NCBI RefSeq assembly: GCF_021028975.2
Contig: NC_059439.1
Location: 23,126,001 to 23,190,000 of the forward strand
DNA length: 64,000 bases
Direction: 5' to 3'
DNA from: Sphaerodactylus townsendi
Lineage: Eukaryota
Part shown: one piece after another, positions 1 to 12,100 of the stretch
Numbering within the stretch: position 1 is the first letter of the stretch
Layout of the letters: each line of letters opens with the position of its first letter
Made by a program: the position numbers and the translations under genes
Notes under the pieces: model-generated
What the model saw: the letters and a program-made list of their open reading frames with translations, nothing else
The model's database searches: none
What the model was told of the DNA's origin: nothing

Positions 1-46
1 CGACCCCCCCCAAAAAAAGAAACCCAAAAGTTTTTCTGCAATGGGA

Positions 47-120
47 ATTTATTTTTATTTTATTTATTATTTAGATTTTTATACCGCCCTATCCCCGAGG
101 GGCTCCGGGCGGTGTACAAC
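47..120 (-). mobile_element. L2-clade LINE extreme 3' end with (TAAA)n-type tail
   Basis: TTTA-rich tail plus 'ataccgccctatccccgaggggctccgggcggtg', near-identical to the L2 3' end at ~45500-45540. Confidence 0.65.
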
Positions 121-552
121 AAAACTAATATAAATCAAGTTCGGGAATGTCTACCTAATGTTTCTCAGTGGTTGGCAGACCAGTCTTCTGAGCTGTTAAC
201 ATTTTCAGAACTGTGTCCACATAGCTGTGAAGTTAGCTCATGCACAATTTTGAAAAAGGAAAATTATATATTGCCAGAATCAACAGGACGAGCTGAATAC
301 AACTACGTACTCTTTGAGCTGAACAGGTACCCTGGATTGGAGCAGGCAGAAAAAATGTATTGGGGTAACCTGGAATAAATGGCAGCAAGGAGAATCCTTT
401 CTGCAGCTCACAAAATGTCAGGTGCAAGCCGAGGGTGAAACTGACCAGAGAGCCAAACGGGCAGGTAGGAAAAAATAAGAAACCTATTGAACTCCTGTGC
501 TCCACACAACCAGGCAGGAAACATGTTGCAGGAGGGTGCACTTTTTAGCCTT

Positions 553-979
553 GGCCCTTTCTGCACGGGCCCAATACAGCGCCCTGGGGACGGCAAAAAC
601 ACCGTCCCCAGGGATCTGTTCGCATGGGGGGCACAGCTGTGAGGTTTTGGGGGAACAGCGGCTTCCAAACGCTGCCATGCAAATGGCAGCGGCAGGAAGG
701 CACCATCCCTCCCCCATTTCCCAATCAACTTACCTTCCCTGCGACCGTCCGGCGTGTCGCCGAGGCCGGGGGACACGCCCCCCTGCCCTGCAACTCCGGA
801 GCAGTTGCGCAGGGCAGAGGGGGCATGTGTCTGGCCTCGGTGATGTGCCGGATGGTCACAGGGAAGGTAAGTCAATCGGGCGACAGCACAGCGCGGCACT
901 GTCGTTCTGGTAATTTCCGGGACCGTTCGCACGTCATGTACGCCGACTCAACCCTCACCGTGACCATGCGGAAACGGCC
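553..979. mobile_element. PIF/Harbinger-like MITE, long GC-rich family (family 3)
   Basis: Imperfect TIRs GGCCCTTTCTGCAC...ATGCGGAAACGGCC; internal palindromes; homologous to 17897-18268 and 18722-19161. Confidence 0.75.
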
Positions 980-1216
980 TTCAAGTTGAAATAAGGCGTC
1001 TTGAGAACATCTTGGGAAAAAAGCTGTGTGGAATGCCTTCCAAAGACGTCTTTATTTTTGCACCTTTAATATGTGTTATTAAAGCTGTATAATGACCCCA
1101 TGTTACATTTGAAACTACTTGCTCTCTGACTGTGAAAAGCACTAGTGAAAGAGATATTCAGTAAGAAGAATGTTACTAACACATTTCCTTCATGTCTTTC
1201 CACCATTGTTCCTGAC

Positions 1217-1444
1217 CTGGTTAAATCTGGTGTTCCACACTATAGCTTCTTCACTGATGACAATGACTTCACTCGTGGAAATCTGAGCTTCAAGATATCC
1301 AACCTGGGTAGGAAGCGGGGTATTATTTGGCAAAATGGCCCAGTTCAGAATGTCATATCCAGCATTCAAATCACCATTCCGGTCAAAAGATACTTCCTCA
1401 CCAGCTGTGTTGTTAAAGTGGACTTTCCTCAAGAGAGAATTTAG
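1217..1444 (-). CDS. Vomeronasal type-2 receptor (V2R), coding exon 4
   Basis: 228 bp, AG/GT flanked, phase 0/0; LNSLLRKVHFNNTAGEEVSFDRNGDLNAGYDILNW...WNTRFNQ, typical V2R exon 4. Confidence 0.93.
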
Positions 1445-1927
1445 CTAATTTTAAAGAAGAAAAAAGAAATACAACACAGATGTATGCATATATAACAAGG
1501 GCAGCATCAGGACTACAATAATATTAGAGAAGACCCCTTGTATTGTTTAGAAACATTTCTAGTAAAACGTATGGGATGGATCCAGTCTTGGACAAGGGTA
1601 CTTTTCTCACACAAATGAATTTTCTTCTTGCTCCTTGTTGATGCAGTCCCTAGCACCATCTCTTAAAAAAACCCTGTAAGAGGTTCTCCAGAACAGTCCA
1701 TTAGAATGTATGATAATATCAGCCCTATACCATAAGCGTTCAGTAGTATTTTCACTTCTGCAGAACATGGTGTTGGATCTATCACAATTTCCAGGAATAT
1801 GGAACTCCTTTCACCACAATAGTGCATTTAATTTCTGTAATGAAAATTTGCTTTGCTTTGGCAAGCAGAATACAATTTATTACATTATTGGTCACTCATG
1901 TAACAGTTTTCTAATAGAGGTGGTTAC

Positions 1928-2743
1928 CTGCCATGCATGAATATCATGGAGCTCCACTCTAGCTGCTTTTTTCTTTGCTGTTTGTAAACAGTACATTTCA
2001 TGTAAAACATGTGCTATTGCATAAACAGCATTGGAAATACTGTAGCTATGCCTGGATGTGTTCATATCGAAGAGGTCAATGTTAAGATCTTTCAGCTTCT
2101 CCTTTCCTGTACACCTTTTCCAGGCTTCATCCAATATGTACTCTTCCCATGAGCATTTGAATACCTGGGACCAAAACTGTTTCTGAAGGAAATCATTTTT
2201 ATATTTGTTGGGGTTAAACATTTTGAGGAAATCCTGGAATCCTGGAATCTCACGTGTGTGTACTGCAAAAGAGAGAGCCCCATGGAATGTTGTCAAATTA
2301 AAGGGGATTCTGGAAAAATGAGAAGTGAAGTCCCAACTGCTTGTTGTGAGCCACACCTTGCCACTAATCTGGGTGTGATTGAGAATAACATGTAGCTGAA
2401 ATAGCATGTCAGTCTCTCCATGAACAAGCATTACATTGGATGTCAGCTTTAAAACCTTCAAACCTAAGGCAATGACAGATTCTAGATTAAGCTCAAGATG
2501 GACAGGCAAAAGAGCTACAAACTCAATACAAGCATGGATTTTCCTCGTTTCTTGGGTAATTGTTTGAAGAAAGCTCTTGCCATTGGTGTTATCTGAGCTG
2601 ATTAAACTGACCCATTTCCAACCAAAATGTGCAAGCAAACGGCTCACTCCGATTAACTGCACTGATTCACTTGGAACTGTCCTATAGAAGGAAGGGAACT
2701 GAGATTTATCACTCAAGATGGAGTCAGATGAGCCATAGCTGAT
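1928..2743 (-). CDS. V2R coding exon 3 (Venus flytrap domain)
   Basis: 816 bp open, AG/GT flanked; ISYGS...DKSQFPSFYRTVP...HFGWKWV...SYSISNAVYAIAHVLHEM...HAWQ. Confidence 0.95.
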
Positions 2744-3730
2744 CTAAGGAAAAAGAACATGGTGATTTCCCATTAAAAATCAGAACCTTATCCATTTCTA
2801 ACATTCTGTAATTTTGCACTGGTTCATATGCGCGTTACATTTACATGAAACTTGGCATTTGTTATATTACATGTCAACTTGATGCCTTGATAATATTGGT
2901 AGAACTCGTCTAATTTCTGAGATCACTCCCTATACTGATTTAGATACAGCTCTAATCTGTGAGCCATAATTAAGCTTCCATTAATCCATAAGACAAATAA
3001 CTATTTAAAAACACTTCTAACATTGAGAGTTAGGGCAGCTATATTCTATATTCCTCAGAACTCAACATGCTAGACCTTCTTTGTGATAGAATCCTCCACC
3101 TGAGCCAAATGGCTACATAGCCCTGATCCTCACCATCCTTTTGAGAGATGTTTGTTCAATGAACTATAAATGCTCTGGTATCAAAGTGCAATGTGTACAA
3201 AAATACACAAAATAATAATTTTGACAAAGGCAGTGTGTACAAATTAAATGATAATTCTCATATTCATTTGGGACTATATTCTACTGCGGAATCATACAAT
3301 TTTCTTGACTGTTGCACCTCAACTGACCCAACTAACATCTTCATGTGAAACAATATAATTTATTACTGCACTCAGTATAATGATGGACATATAAGAAGCG
3401 ATGAAACCATTTTTTTTTTTTTAGTGATTGGAATGTTCTCTTCTGTGACTTACTTTCTACTAGGTGCTGGGTAAAAGCTTTCTTTTTAATCAATCTTTTT
3501 AACAAAAGGGTATTTTATTATTTTAAAAAACATTTGTTATGCTATGCTTCTGGCACAAGGTTTGTTTTATCATCAGCATTTGAGACTGTTCAAGGTGTAC
3601 CTTATGATTGTATGACTTTGTTTGGTCTTTTTAAGTGGCACTGGCTTGTTTTTAGTGGCTGTGTTTTATGGTCTTACTTGTAAGCCACCTTGGAAAATTT
3701 GCTGGAAAAGTGGAATAAAACATTCTAAAC

Positions 3731-4220
3731 CAGTGGTGGCGAAACTATGGCACGAGTGCCAGCGGTGGCACTCAGAACCCTCTCTGTGGGCACGCGCAAA
3801 CAGAGTGCCCCCACACACATCTAGACTGGCCTGGGCCACTGGCTCGATTATTAGTTTTGGGGAAGCAGTGTAGGTAACCCTGTTAAGCGCTGTTAAACCC
3901 CACTGATTTTCATGTGAAGAACTAAAACATGATCCTTTACCTGGGAGTAAGCTTGGTTGCTGGCAATGGGGCTTGCTTCTGAGTAAGCCCTCCTAAGGTT
4001 GTGATACACCCATTGGAAGAATTGCATGGTTGCTTCAAAGCAAAGCCAGCGACTGCCACCAAGCTTACTCCTGAGTAACACACGCCTCGGAGCCAACCGT
4101 TTTTTTTTAAACTAAAACCTCAGTATTCAGGTTAAATTGCCATGTTGGCACTTTGCGATAAATAAGTGGGTTTTGAGTTGCAATTTGGGCACTCGGTCTC
4201 GAAAAGGTTCGCTATCACTG
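3731..4220. mobile_element. Non-autonomous hAT DNA transposon (CAGTG(A/G)TGGCGAA TIR type)
   Basis: TIRs CAGTGGTGGCGAA / TTCGCTATCACTG; perfect 8-bp TSD TTCTAAAC at 3723-3730 and 4221-4228. Confidence 0.9.
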
Positions 4221-4376
4221 TTCTAAACAAACAAGGTCTTCCATATTTCTCCACAAAGCAGCTGTTAAAAGGGCTTCAATAATTCCTCCAATGTTATAGC
4301 TCACACCAGATTAAGAAACTTCTCCTCTTCCAATTTCAAAGCAGTAGTTAAGCATTTATATCTGTTTGCCTTTTAC

Positions 4377-4665
4377 CTGTGGGATCTTGTATATCCCTAG
4401 GAAATCCGCTATATTGATAGATAAATCAGATCGAAGACTTCCAATTGCAGCCATAAGTTGTCTTCTCCTGCAGTTATAGTTAGGAATCATCTTATGTTGA
4501 CCTGATGTTAACTGTATAGAGCTCAAATAAACCATCTTTGCATATAAAAAATCTTGACAGAGGTGGATTCCAAGAGTGAAGTTAGGCAATAGTGTGGAAT
4601 CCCTATTGATCTCCTGTACTGTAAACAAGAATGCCAGGATGAACTGGAATGATTTTGGAAATAGC
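4377..4665 (-). CDS. V2R coding exon 2
   Basis: 289 bp, AG/GT flanked, phase-compatible with exon 1; FLFTVQEINRDSTLLPNFTLG...IPNYNC...LGIYKIPQ. Confidence 0.94.
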
Positions 4666-4971
4666 CTGAAAGAGAAAATTAGTAGTGCAGTTGGCAGCTG
4701 ACTACTGGAAGGCATTCTTTCCTAGCTTGCCTGTGAAAATAAACATCTCTATGATGGTAACTTTGTAAGAACCTATATGCCAATGCCAGTCGCCACTGAT
4801 AAAACATGTATTGCAAATCAACTTCAGAGCTGAAATAGCCAAAACAGGACTGAGGAAGAGAACAGAAACAGACATACCATTGTCAACAAAGTTGATCTAT
4901 GAAAACAACAACAACCAGATTATACTGAAAGTGGTCAGTACAGAACAATTTAGCAAGTTTAAGTACACTGA

Positions 4972-5239
4972 GGGCCTTTCCCCACTTACCTTAAACCCCG
5001 TGCTACTTGAGGAGAGTAGCGCAGGGTCCCCTGGCACTCCCCACGACAGGGGCAGCTACAGCGCAGCCGGCCCGACGCTGCCGCTGTCGCGCCCCCTCAG
5101 CACGCGGTATCCCAGGCGCTCTTCTTAAGGGCGCCTTTTGATGACCCCACGCAGGGCGCGGTGTTGTGGGGACGCCCGATGCCGCACGCTGAGAGCAGCG
5201 CGCGGCCTAGGAGGGATGGAAAAGAGTGGGGAAAGGCCC
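4972..5239. mobile_element. PIF/Harbinger-like MITE, GC-rich ~220-290 bp family (family 2)
   Basis: TIRs GGGCCTTTCCCCACT / AGTGGGGAAAGGCCC; homologous to 26855-27071 and 32762-33046. Confidence 0.75.
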
Positions 5240-6227
5240 TCAATGATCCAATCCACTGTACTGAATTGTTGCTGAGAAAAAAAAATCCCAACCACTAATT
5301 CAATTCAAAGAGATCAGTTTGTTCAGACTGGAAACCATTAGGGTAATAATAAAAGTGCTAGAGGTCCCTGCTAATATTCTGAATTAGAAACTGTTTTCTG
5401 GATACCAGGGGTCAGATTCTGCTTCACCTATAAAACCTATTTTGGCATCATAAAGATGTCCTGGAAAAAGGGAAGTGTCACATTAGATAGGATAGATTTG
5501 ACGGCTCACGGAAGCATTTTACTGTCACCAGTGCCATATTTTGGAGACTGACTTGTGCCATACCTATCAAGCAGCACTTGGCCAAGATATTGAATACAAT
5601 CTCAAAAATGCCTGTTTGCACAGAAGTAAGGCCCACCAGGCTCAATTGGGGCTTATTGTCAGTGGTCTGTGTATATTCCGCAACTGAGCAAAGATGTGAA
5701 CTCAAGTTCCCCTGGTCCAACACTCTTGACTGCTTTTTTGTGAGTTATTTCAATGTTGCACAAAAATTAAAATATAACACAATAAAAACATCTTTAAAAT
5801 ACAGTTTAAAACACAGCCCAACTGTTTGAAAATGCCATCTCAGCAAAGGCTAAAGGATCACCCACCCAAATCCAGGTCACCTACTTAAATTAAAAACGTC
5901 TACACGTTCTCAGGTAAAATGGCAAGACAGAAAATAACATTGTGACTTGGCACTTAAAGCAAGATTAGACAACAGAGGAACTTTTAGCCCAGGGAGAGTT
6001 ATGTTCAACAGGGTGAAACAATAGAACAGACCCTGTTCCTTGTAGCCACTTGTCTGACTTCTGACATTGAGGGTCACACAGAGAGTGGTCAATGCAGATC
6101 TTAATTATTAACCAAGAAATCATGGGAGAAGGCAGCACTTTGCAGATAAGTGATCAATTGCAATAAACTGGATCCAAACCATAAATCCAGAGTTTTTGGT
6201 TGAACTAGATTAATGAGCAGATCTTAC

Positions 6228-6445
6228 CAAGCATCAAATAAATAGGGAGATGGATGCTGTTCAAAGCTATTATTTGCATGTATGTTAATTATTGCAATGA
6301 AATTAGACATAATACCACCAATGATAAAATCTCCATCTTCATAGTACCCATTCTGCAGGAGTCTTCTGAAAGCACATTTCCCACACGAGATTTTGCAAAC
6401 AGAGTGAGATACCATCAGTATCATTAATGGCTTCAAAAAGAGCAT
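6228..6445 (-). CDS. V2R coding exon 1 (signal peptide)
   Basis: ATG at 6445; MLFLKPLMILMVSHSVC...YYEDGDFIIGGI; donor TG|GTAAG, phase 2 joins exon 2 to form a Trp codon. Confidence 0.88.
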
Positions 6446-7603
6446 TATGGCCAAAAAAAAATGCAGCTGGTTTCACACAATATCCAAGATACAAAGAACT
6501 ATTCCATTTCTGGGGTGGGAGAGAAATGTGAAAGCTCACAGTGATGATAGAATTTTTAGAGTGGTATGAGATGAGATAGCCATAATGAAAACTGTGTAAT
6601 TTCAGGAATCGGATAAAAAGTGGCAGTTCCATAAGATCATGGTTATGCAAATTATAGAACACATTGGTTTTTCCCATTTAATAAGAAGTGAACTGTAGTT
6701 TGAACAACTGTCAGTCTCCAGAATGCTAGATAAAATACTTATGTAATCCATAAAAATTAATTCAGCAAGTTATGGGACAGGATAGATTATTACAATTTTG
6801 TAGAAACAAAAGAAGCAAGGATGGAATGTTTAATGAGTGAAAAAGGAATGTATTGTATAATGGATGAATGACTGGATTACAACTTCCAGCAGTGTCTATC
6901 CTTATAACAGCTACCAACATCTATGAATCCTCCCAAATGGATGAAAATATTAAACTGAAAACCTAGGGGGAAAGTGGGCATTACTGAGCTTATACAGTTA
7001 AGTTAGAATTTTTCAAAGTCCCCAAATCAGTGTTATTAGGCATTTCAGCAAACAGTACTGTTTAAAAATACAGCATCTTCGCTAGTTTTCTTTAATCCCT
7101 ACTATCTCTAACGTTCTCACTGATTACAGTAATCTCAGTAATTATCAGTCACAGGATGACTGCTTGCAAGAAATATATAATTCTCCGATCAGTTCTATTT
7201 CAGATCCCAGCTCTCAAAGCAAAAAGTTTTGTGGCAAATATAATTCCCTTGAGGCAGAAGAAAGAGGAAATGTGTAGGTTGCATCCAGTCATATATTTTG
7301 CTCTATTCTCCTCCTAACAGCAGCCTCTGTTTCTTGTGACTTTGGTCAATGCAGGTCCCATGACCCTCATCATAACCTTTCAGGTGGCTAGAAAGCAGGC
7401 CTCCTCCCTTGTACACCTACAGAAAATTTGATTGGGTACAATTCTTTGCATATACTTCTGCAAAAGTGGACAAAAGTAAAAGTAAAATAAGTTACATCAT
7501 GCAAATGTATCTGAAGTTGAATTAGATCAGTTCTTTCAACTGAACATTCTCTGGGGCCTGAATGGTTGGTGCCATGTTGGCCAACTTTGTTTTCTTGAAA
7601 TAA

Positions 7604-8644
7604 CTGATGTTGTAATTACTTCATGGTTGCAGATGTTTTGTAGCATCTGATCACAAGACATGTGATCACATACCTGAAGGACTGCTACCCCCAATATAAA
7701 CTCCCACAACCAACAGTTTGAACCAATACCTCTTGTAGGGTCATTAGAATGGTCACTACAGATCTAGGGCCCCTTCTGCACATTCAAAATAATGCATTTT
7801 CAAACCACTTTCACAACTATTTGCAAGTAGATTTTGCTATTCCGCACAGATTTAAAGAGCACTGAAAGCAGTTTGAAAGTGCATTATTCTGCATGTGCGG
7901 AATGAGCCTAGGATTTTCAGTGGCTATTCCTATTTTTGGAATAGCCTTCCTAAAGTTGTTATGGAGGCACCTACTTTGTAATGATACTACAATTTGTACA
8001 ATGTAGAATTATTCAGGAAAACCTTTGACATTGACACTTAATGTTTGATCATACTTTATGGATTTTAATGAAAAAAATCTATACAATACAACCTTAAGAC
8101 ATTTCATATCCATGCAGAAAGATCCTTGAGTGAAAACAGTTATCCCTGTCAACTTCTTCCAACACAACTATTTATTTAACACCCACCCCAGGTAACCCCC
8201 CCCCCCCACAATATTTGCATTGCATGTGTCTCTATGGACTTTGTGGACACTCTGCTAACTTCTTCAATGGAAATCAAAGGCAGAACTAAAGGATTGTAGG
8301 TAGGGAAAGTGGCAGAATGAGGAGTCCAGATACTGTGCCACCAGATGCTAGCCGTGCTAGTGTTGCTATTTAAGTTATAACAATGGATGGTAATTCCTAT
8401 GACATATGTGGTGGGTCTAAAAGAAAGGGAAAATGAGAAGCAATGCAGATACCTTGCTTTTCCCCATAATTAGATGTTTTGACTGCTATGGATTTTAATT
8501 CAATTTTTATTATCATTGTAACCCACTTTATCTCAAATTTCATAGGAATGGCAGGCTGGAAGGCAATCCTGCAGGTATGTGATCAGATGTCTTGTGATCA
8601 GATGCTACAAAACATCTGAAATCATGGAATAATCACAACATCAG
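7604..8644. repeat. ~82-bp inverted repeat pair (7604-7685 / 8563-8644)
   Basis: agatgttttgtagcatctgatcacaagacatgtgatcacatacctg recurs as its reverse complement ~880 bp away with few mismatches. Confidence 0.85.
7768..7908. mobile_element. PIF/Harbinger-like palindromic 141-bp MITE (family 1)
   Basis: GGCCCCTTC...GAATGAGCC with long imperfect TIRs; 3-bp TSD TAG; sits in an old L2-like remnant. Confidence 0.85.
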
Positions 8645-9254
8645 GGTTTTTTTCAAAATGGCAGGCTGAAGTAAATAAATAGCCACCAATATGTTCTAGA
8701 ATACGATGATCAGGAGAATACCTGTACTTCATTATTATAAAGAAATCAAGACTTTGGTGCATGTATACCAAATCATCCTGGGTTGGATCCATCAATGTTC
8801 CAATAAATATATATATAATTTCCATAGTCACTGTTGCTTGGTGCGGGGAGAATAGAAATTGAAAGTGGGGCTCAGGAAAATACATTTGTACAAGACATCT
8901 TGCTTTGACAGACATTCACCTCTGCAGCACAGCAGACACCTTGTGCATAATTGGCCAGTCTGTCCTTCAAGCAATCAGTCCAACTCAAGGAGTCTTTTAT
9001 GTATTTTTACCCTCATACAACATGAGTAGAATCAATCCCTCTCAAAGACTTGGCATTTTTTGAGGTATTCTGAGAAGCCAGTTGGACTGTGGAGACTTTG
9101 TTTCCATAGGGGACATGTCGAAAAAAAAACTATTCTTGATTCACTGTTCATCTACTAGCACCATCTTTAAAATGATCCAGAATGTTGCTCTCCCAACAAA
9201 GGAATATTTGTCTTGTTATTGTACCACCAAGGTCTCCCAAGTGGTTTGTCCATT

Positions 9255-9330
9255 TCATTAAAGAGTTGTCAGAGTATTGGCATTTCCCCTGAGATGGCAT
9301 TTCCCCTGAGGTGGGAAATGAATATAACTA
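9255..9330 (+). promoter_or_regulatory. Putative OR promoter: homeodomain (Lhx2-type) site plus two O/E (EBF) sites
   Basis: Reverse complement AACTCTTTAATGA (9255-9267); duplicated TCCCCTGAG(A/G) at 9285-9294 and 9302-9311; ~870 bp upstream of the OR at 10161. Confidence 0.5.
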
Positions 9331-10160
9331 AAGGAAGATTTTGCCTCCACAACAGCATTTTGCAGCTCTATTGAATATTATGCACATTATTCTGTTTCAT
9401 ATCATAAACTGATATGTCTTGTCTTGTTTCCCACCTTTGAGTCAGATGCTTTTAAAGAGAGAAAACACCAAGACTTACAGGTACATGATTGGAAAGACCT
9501 ATTCATGGAAAATATATATTTTTAAAAAATCTGGTGCTAAGGGATTTTTATGGTAGATGGTGTTCTTGGTGACTTAGTTGAAGTTCTTGTCTGCAGCACA
9601 TGAGAACTATAAAAAATCTAATTCATGTCAGTAGAGCTAACAAAGTAAGTCATTAAAGTGTTATGAATCAAAACAGTTGCTTTGATAATCACTTATTGCT
9701 AGGATCTATCCTGTCACTTCTACAGAATTCATGCATAAACCATTGTGAGTAGTTTCAGTGGCTACTAGCTCAGAGGAGATTGGTGTGTTACATTTTTATC
9801 CTGGACTTATTTTTCAAAGATTTCACAACATCCCTGTGAGAGGATAGGATGAAAAAGATAAAGGGAATGAGAATGACTGATGATGGGGGGCATGAAAGAA
9901 GGATGTGCTCAAAAATGTCCAACAGGTTCAAACTTGTCAAACTATGGATTTCAATCAGATTCTTATGTCTAAGACCCATACTTGGGATTTCTTTAGCATT
10001 AAAAAAACTCTTCTGACTTTCCCTAAAAATGTCTCAGATGCTTTATTGCCATAGGAATCCCACAACGGGCTTCACATTTTGATTAAGTAGAATTCAAGTG
10101 TCTTTAATGAAAGGTGTTACATATTTTTTATTATTATTATTTGTTGTTATCCCAGCCACA

Positions 10161-11102
10161 ATGGAAAATCAGACAGAAGTCACTCATTTCATATTGCTTG
10201 GCCTGACAGATCGACAGGAGGCTCAGAACTTCTTGTTTGTTCTTTTCCTGTTCCTCTATTTAGCAAGTGTGCTTGGAAATGGTGCTATTGTGTGTGTGGT
10301 GGTGACAGAGCACCAACTTCACACACCTATGTATTTCTTCCTCAGTAACCTATCATGCCTGGACATTTGCTACTCTACAGTCATTGTTCCTAAGATGCTT
10401 GTTGGCTTCCTGTTGGCCCACCGAAGAATCTCCTTTCTTGGATGCATCACCCAGCTCCATTTCTTTCATTTCCTGGGCAGCAGTGAGGCTCTTCTTCTAG
10501 CAGCCATGGCATATGATCGATATGTGGCCATATGTAACCCGCTGCAGTATCTGCTCATCATGTGCCCGAGATCATGTCTTCTACTTGCAGCAGCTACATG
10601 GACCATGGGATTCCTTCATGCCCTGATGCACTCCATCATGACTTCCCGACTATACTTCTGTGGTCCCAATATCATTGAGCATTTCTTTTGTGACATCAAA
10701 CCACTCTTGAGACTAGCCTGCAGTAGCACAGTAGTCAACCTCAGCCTCCTCAACATTGTCACTGGGTCAATCGTCATGATCCCTTTTGTCTTAACTCTCC
10801 TCTCCTACCTTTACATCATCTCCTTTCTGTTCTTGAAGGTTCAATCACACAGTGGGAGATGGAAAGCCTTCTCCACCTGCAGCGCCCATCTCATGGTTGT
10901 AGGCCTGCTTTATGTGCCAGTGCTTTTCAACTATGTCCCTCCATCTTCAGGAGACTCACCACAGAGAGACATGATAGCAACCCTCATGTACAGTGTAGTT
11001 ACCTCCTTTTTAAACCCTTGGATATACACTCTCAGGAATCAGGAGATGAAAAAAGCACTGAGGAAAAGCTTGGCTAGGCTACTGCATTCTATTAGGGGGT
11101 GA
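10161..11102 (+). CDS. Olfactory receptor, OR12D-like (OR-1), 313 aa
   Basis: LHTPMYFFLSNLS, MAYDRYVAICNPL, HFFCDIKPLL, KAFSTCSAHL, NPWIYTLRN; QLHFFHFLGS is typical of family 12; acceptor CAG just before MENQT. Confidence 0.96.
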   Translation: MENQTEVTHFILLGLTDRQEAQNFLFVLFLFLYLASVLGNGAIVCVVVTEHQLHTPMYFFLSNLSCLDICYSTVIVPKMLVGFLLAHRRISFLGCITQLHFFHFLGSSEALLLAAMAYDRYVAICNPLQYLLIMCPRSCLLLAAATWTMGFLHALMHSIMTSRLYFCGPNIIEHFFCDIKPLLRLACSSTVVNLSLLNIVTGSIVMIPFVLTLLSYLYIISFLFLKVQSHSGRWKAFSTCSAHLMVVGLLYVPVLFNYVPPSSGDSPQRDMIATLMYSVVTSFLNPWIYTLRNQEMKKALRKSLARLLHSIRG

Positions 11103-12100
11103 GTAGATTGCAAAAAGTGCTGCATCCTGAAATAGATATTGAACACCGCAGTGCTAGAACATTGGTGTGTGGGAGGGAGGGGGGAAACAGCCACGCAATA
11201 AGACTATAACTAAGGGAAGGCAAAGCTTGGTGCGGTAACATAAATGGGGGAAACTTATAAAGGAGAAATGCCAGCCCAGCCACTATTATTTGACTTTCCT
11301 TGTTCAAAATGTCTACACCACATGAAACAGAAGATCTGTGAACAGAAGAGGGACACTTCAACTAAGCTTTATGGAGAAGAGACTCACTTCTTCAGATAAA
11401 TCTTTTTGGGGCTGAAGAGTAGGCACCTAACCTCGTTCTGATTGTGATCTGAAGGTGCTATTATGGCATGCTGTTTTTAATTTGGCTGTGATGCTCTTTT
11501 TATTGCCTTATTGATCTTCTACTGGAAACTGCCTCAAGCCTCGAAGGAGCAGGATGAGCATGTGTTACATAAATAACAGGAACCTCTGTATTCAGAAGCA
11601 CTATATCACAGTACCAAGTGCTGGGGGGAAGCATGGGGAGAGCAGTTGTCTTTAAATTCAGATTTTGGCTTCTGTGGAGGAATTTGGTAAGCCGCCACTG
11701 GAAGCAGGACACTGGACAAGAGATTCTTAGTCTGATCCAACCCCCCCTTGCACTTAGCTGTGTCCAAACCTCCTTCCAAGCCAATGAGGAATCAATTACT
11801 GTTAAGAGTCTCAGCTAGGCAACATGTCTATCAGGTTATCCGAGATCTATTATTAAGATCTCTCACAGATGTATTTTGACCAACAGGTACTTCAAAGGTA
11901 GAGAAAAAAACACAGAGGAGAGATTTCAACCCTTCTTTCCCCAACCATTTTCCCAGTGCAAATTCCTTCCCTGCAACTGCAATGAACTTTGTAAGAAAAA
12001 GCAGATCTGCCCCCAGCTCCAGGCAGTTTGGGGGAGTAATTGATATTGGGAAAAGAGAATAGCATGGCAAAAAGACTGAGCACTTTTTTTTGCCAGGACT

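Noticed and set aside
408-989. Overlapping GC-rich ORFs of 80-175 aa (also at 17.9-19.2, 32.7-33.1, 34.0-34.7 and 36.8-37.6 kb)
   Set aside because: Stop-poor frames inside GC-rich palindromic MITEs; no recognisable domain
1-1216. V2R exons 5-6 (cysteine-rich and 7TM domains)
   Set aside because: No matching translation seen; presumably beyond the window's left edge, so gene intactness cannot be judged
10098-10160. N-terminal extensions of OR ORFs from upstream starts (also 35905, 41422, 47160, 52968)
   Set aside because: They lie upstream of a conserved splice acceptor and mostly use non-ATG starts
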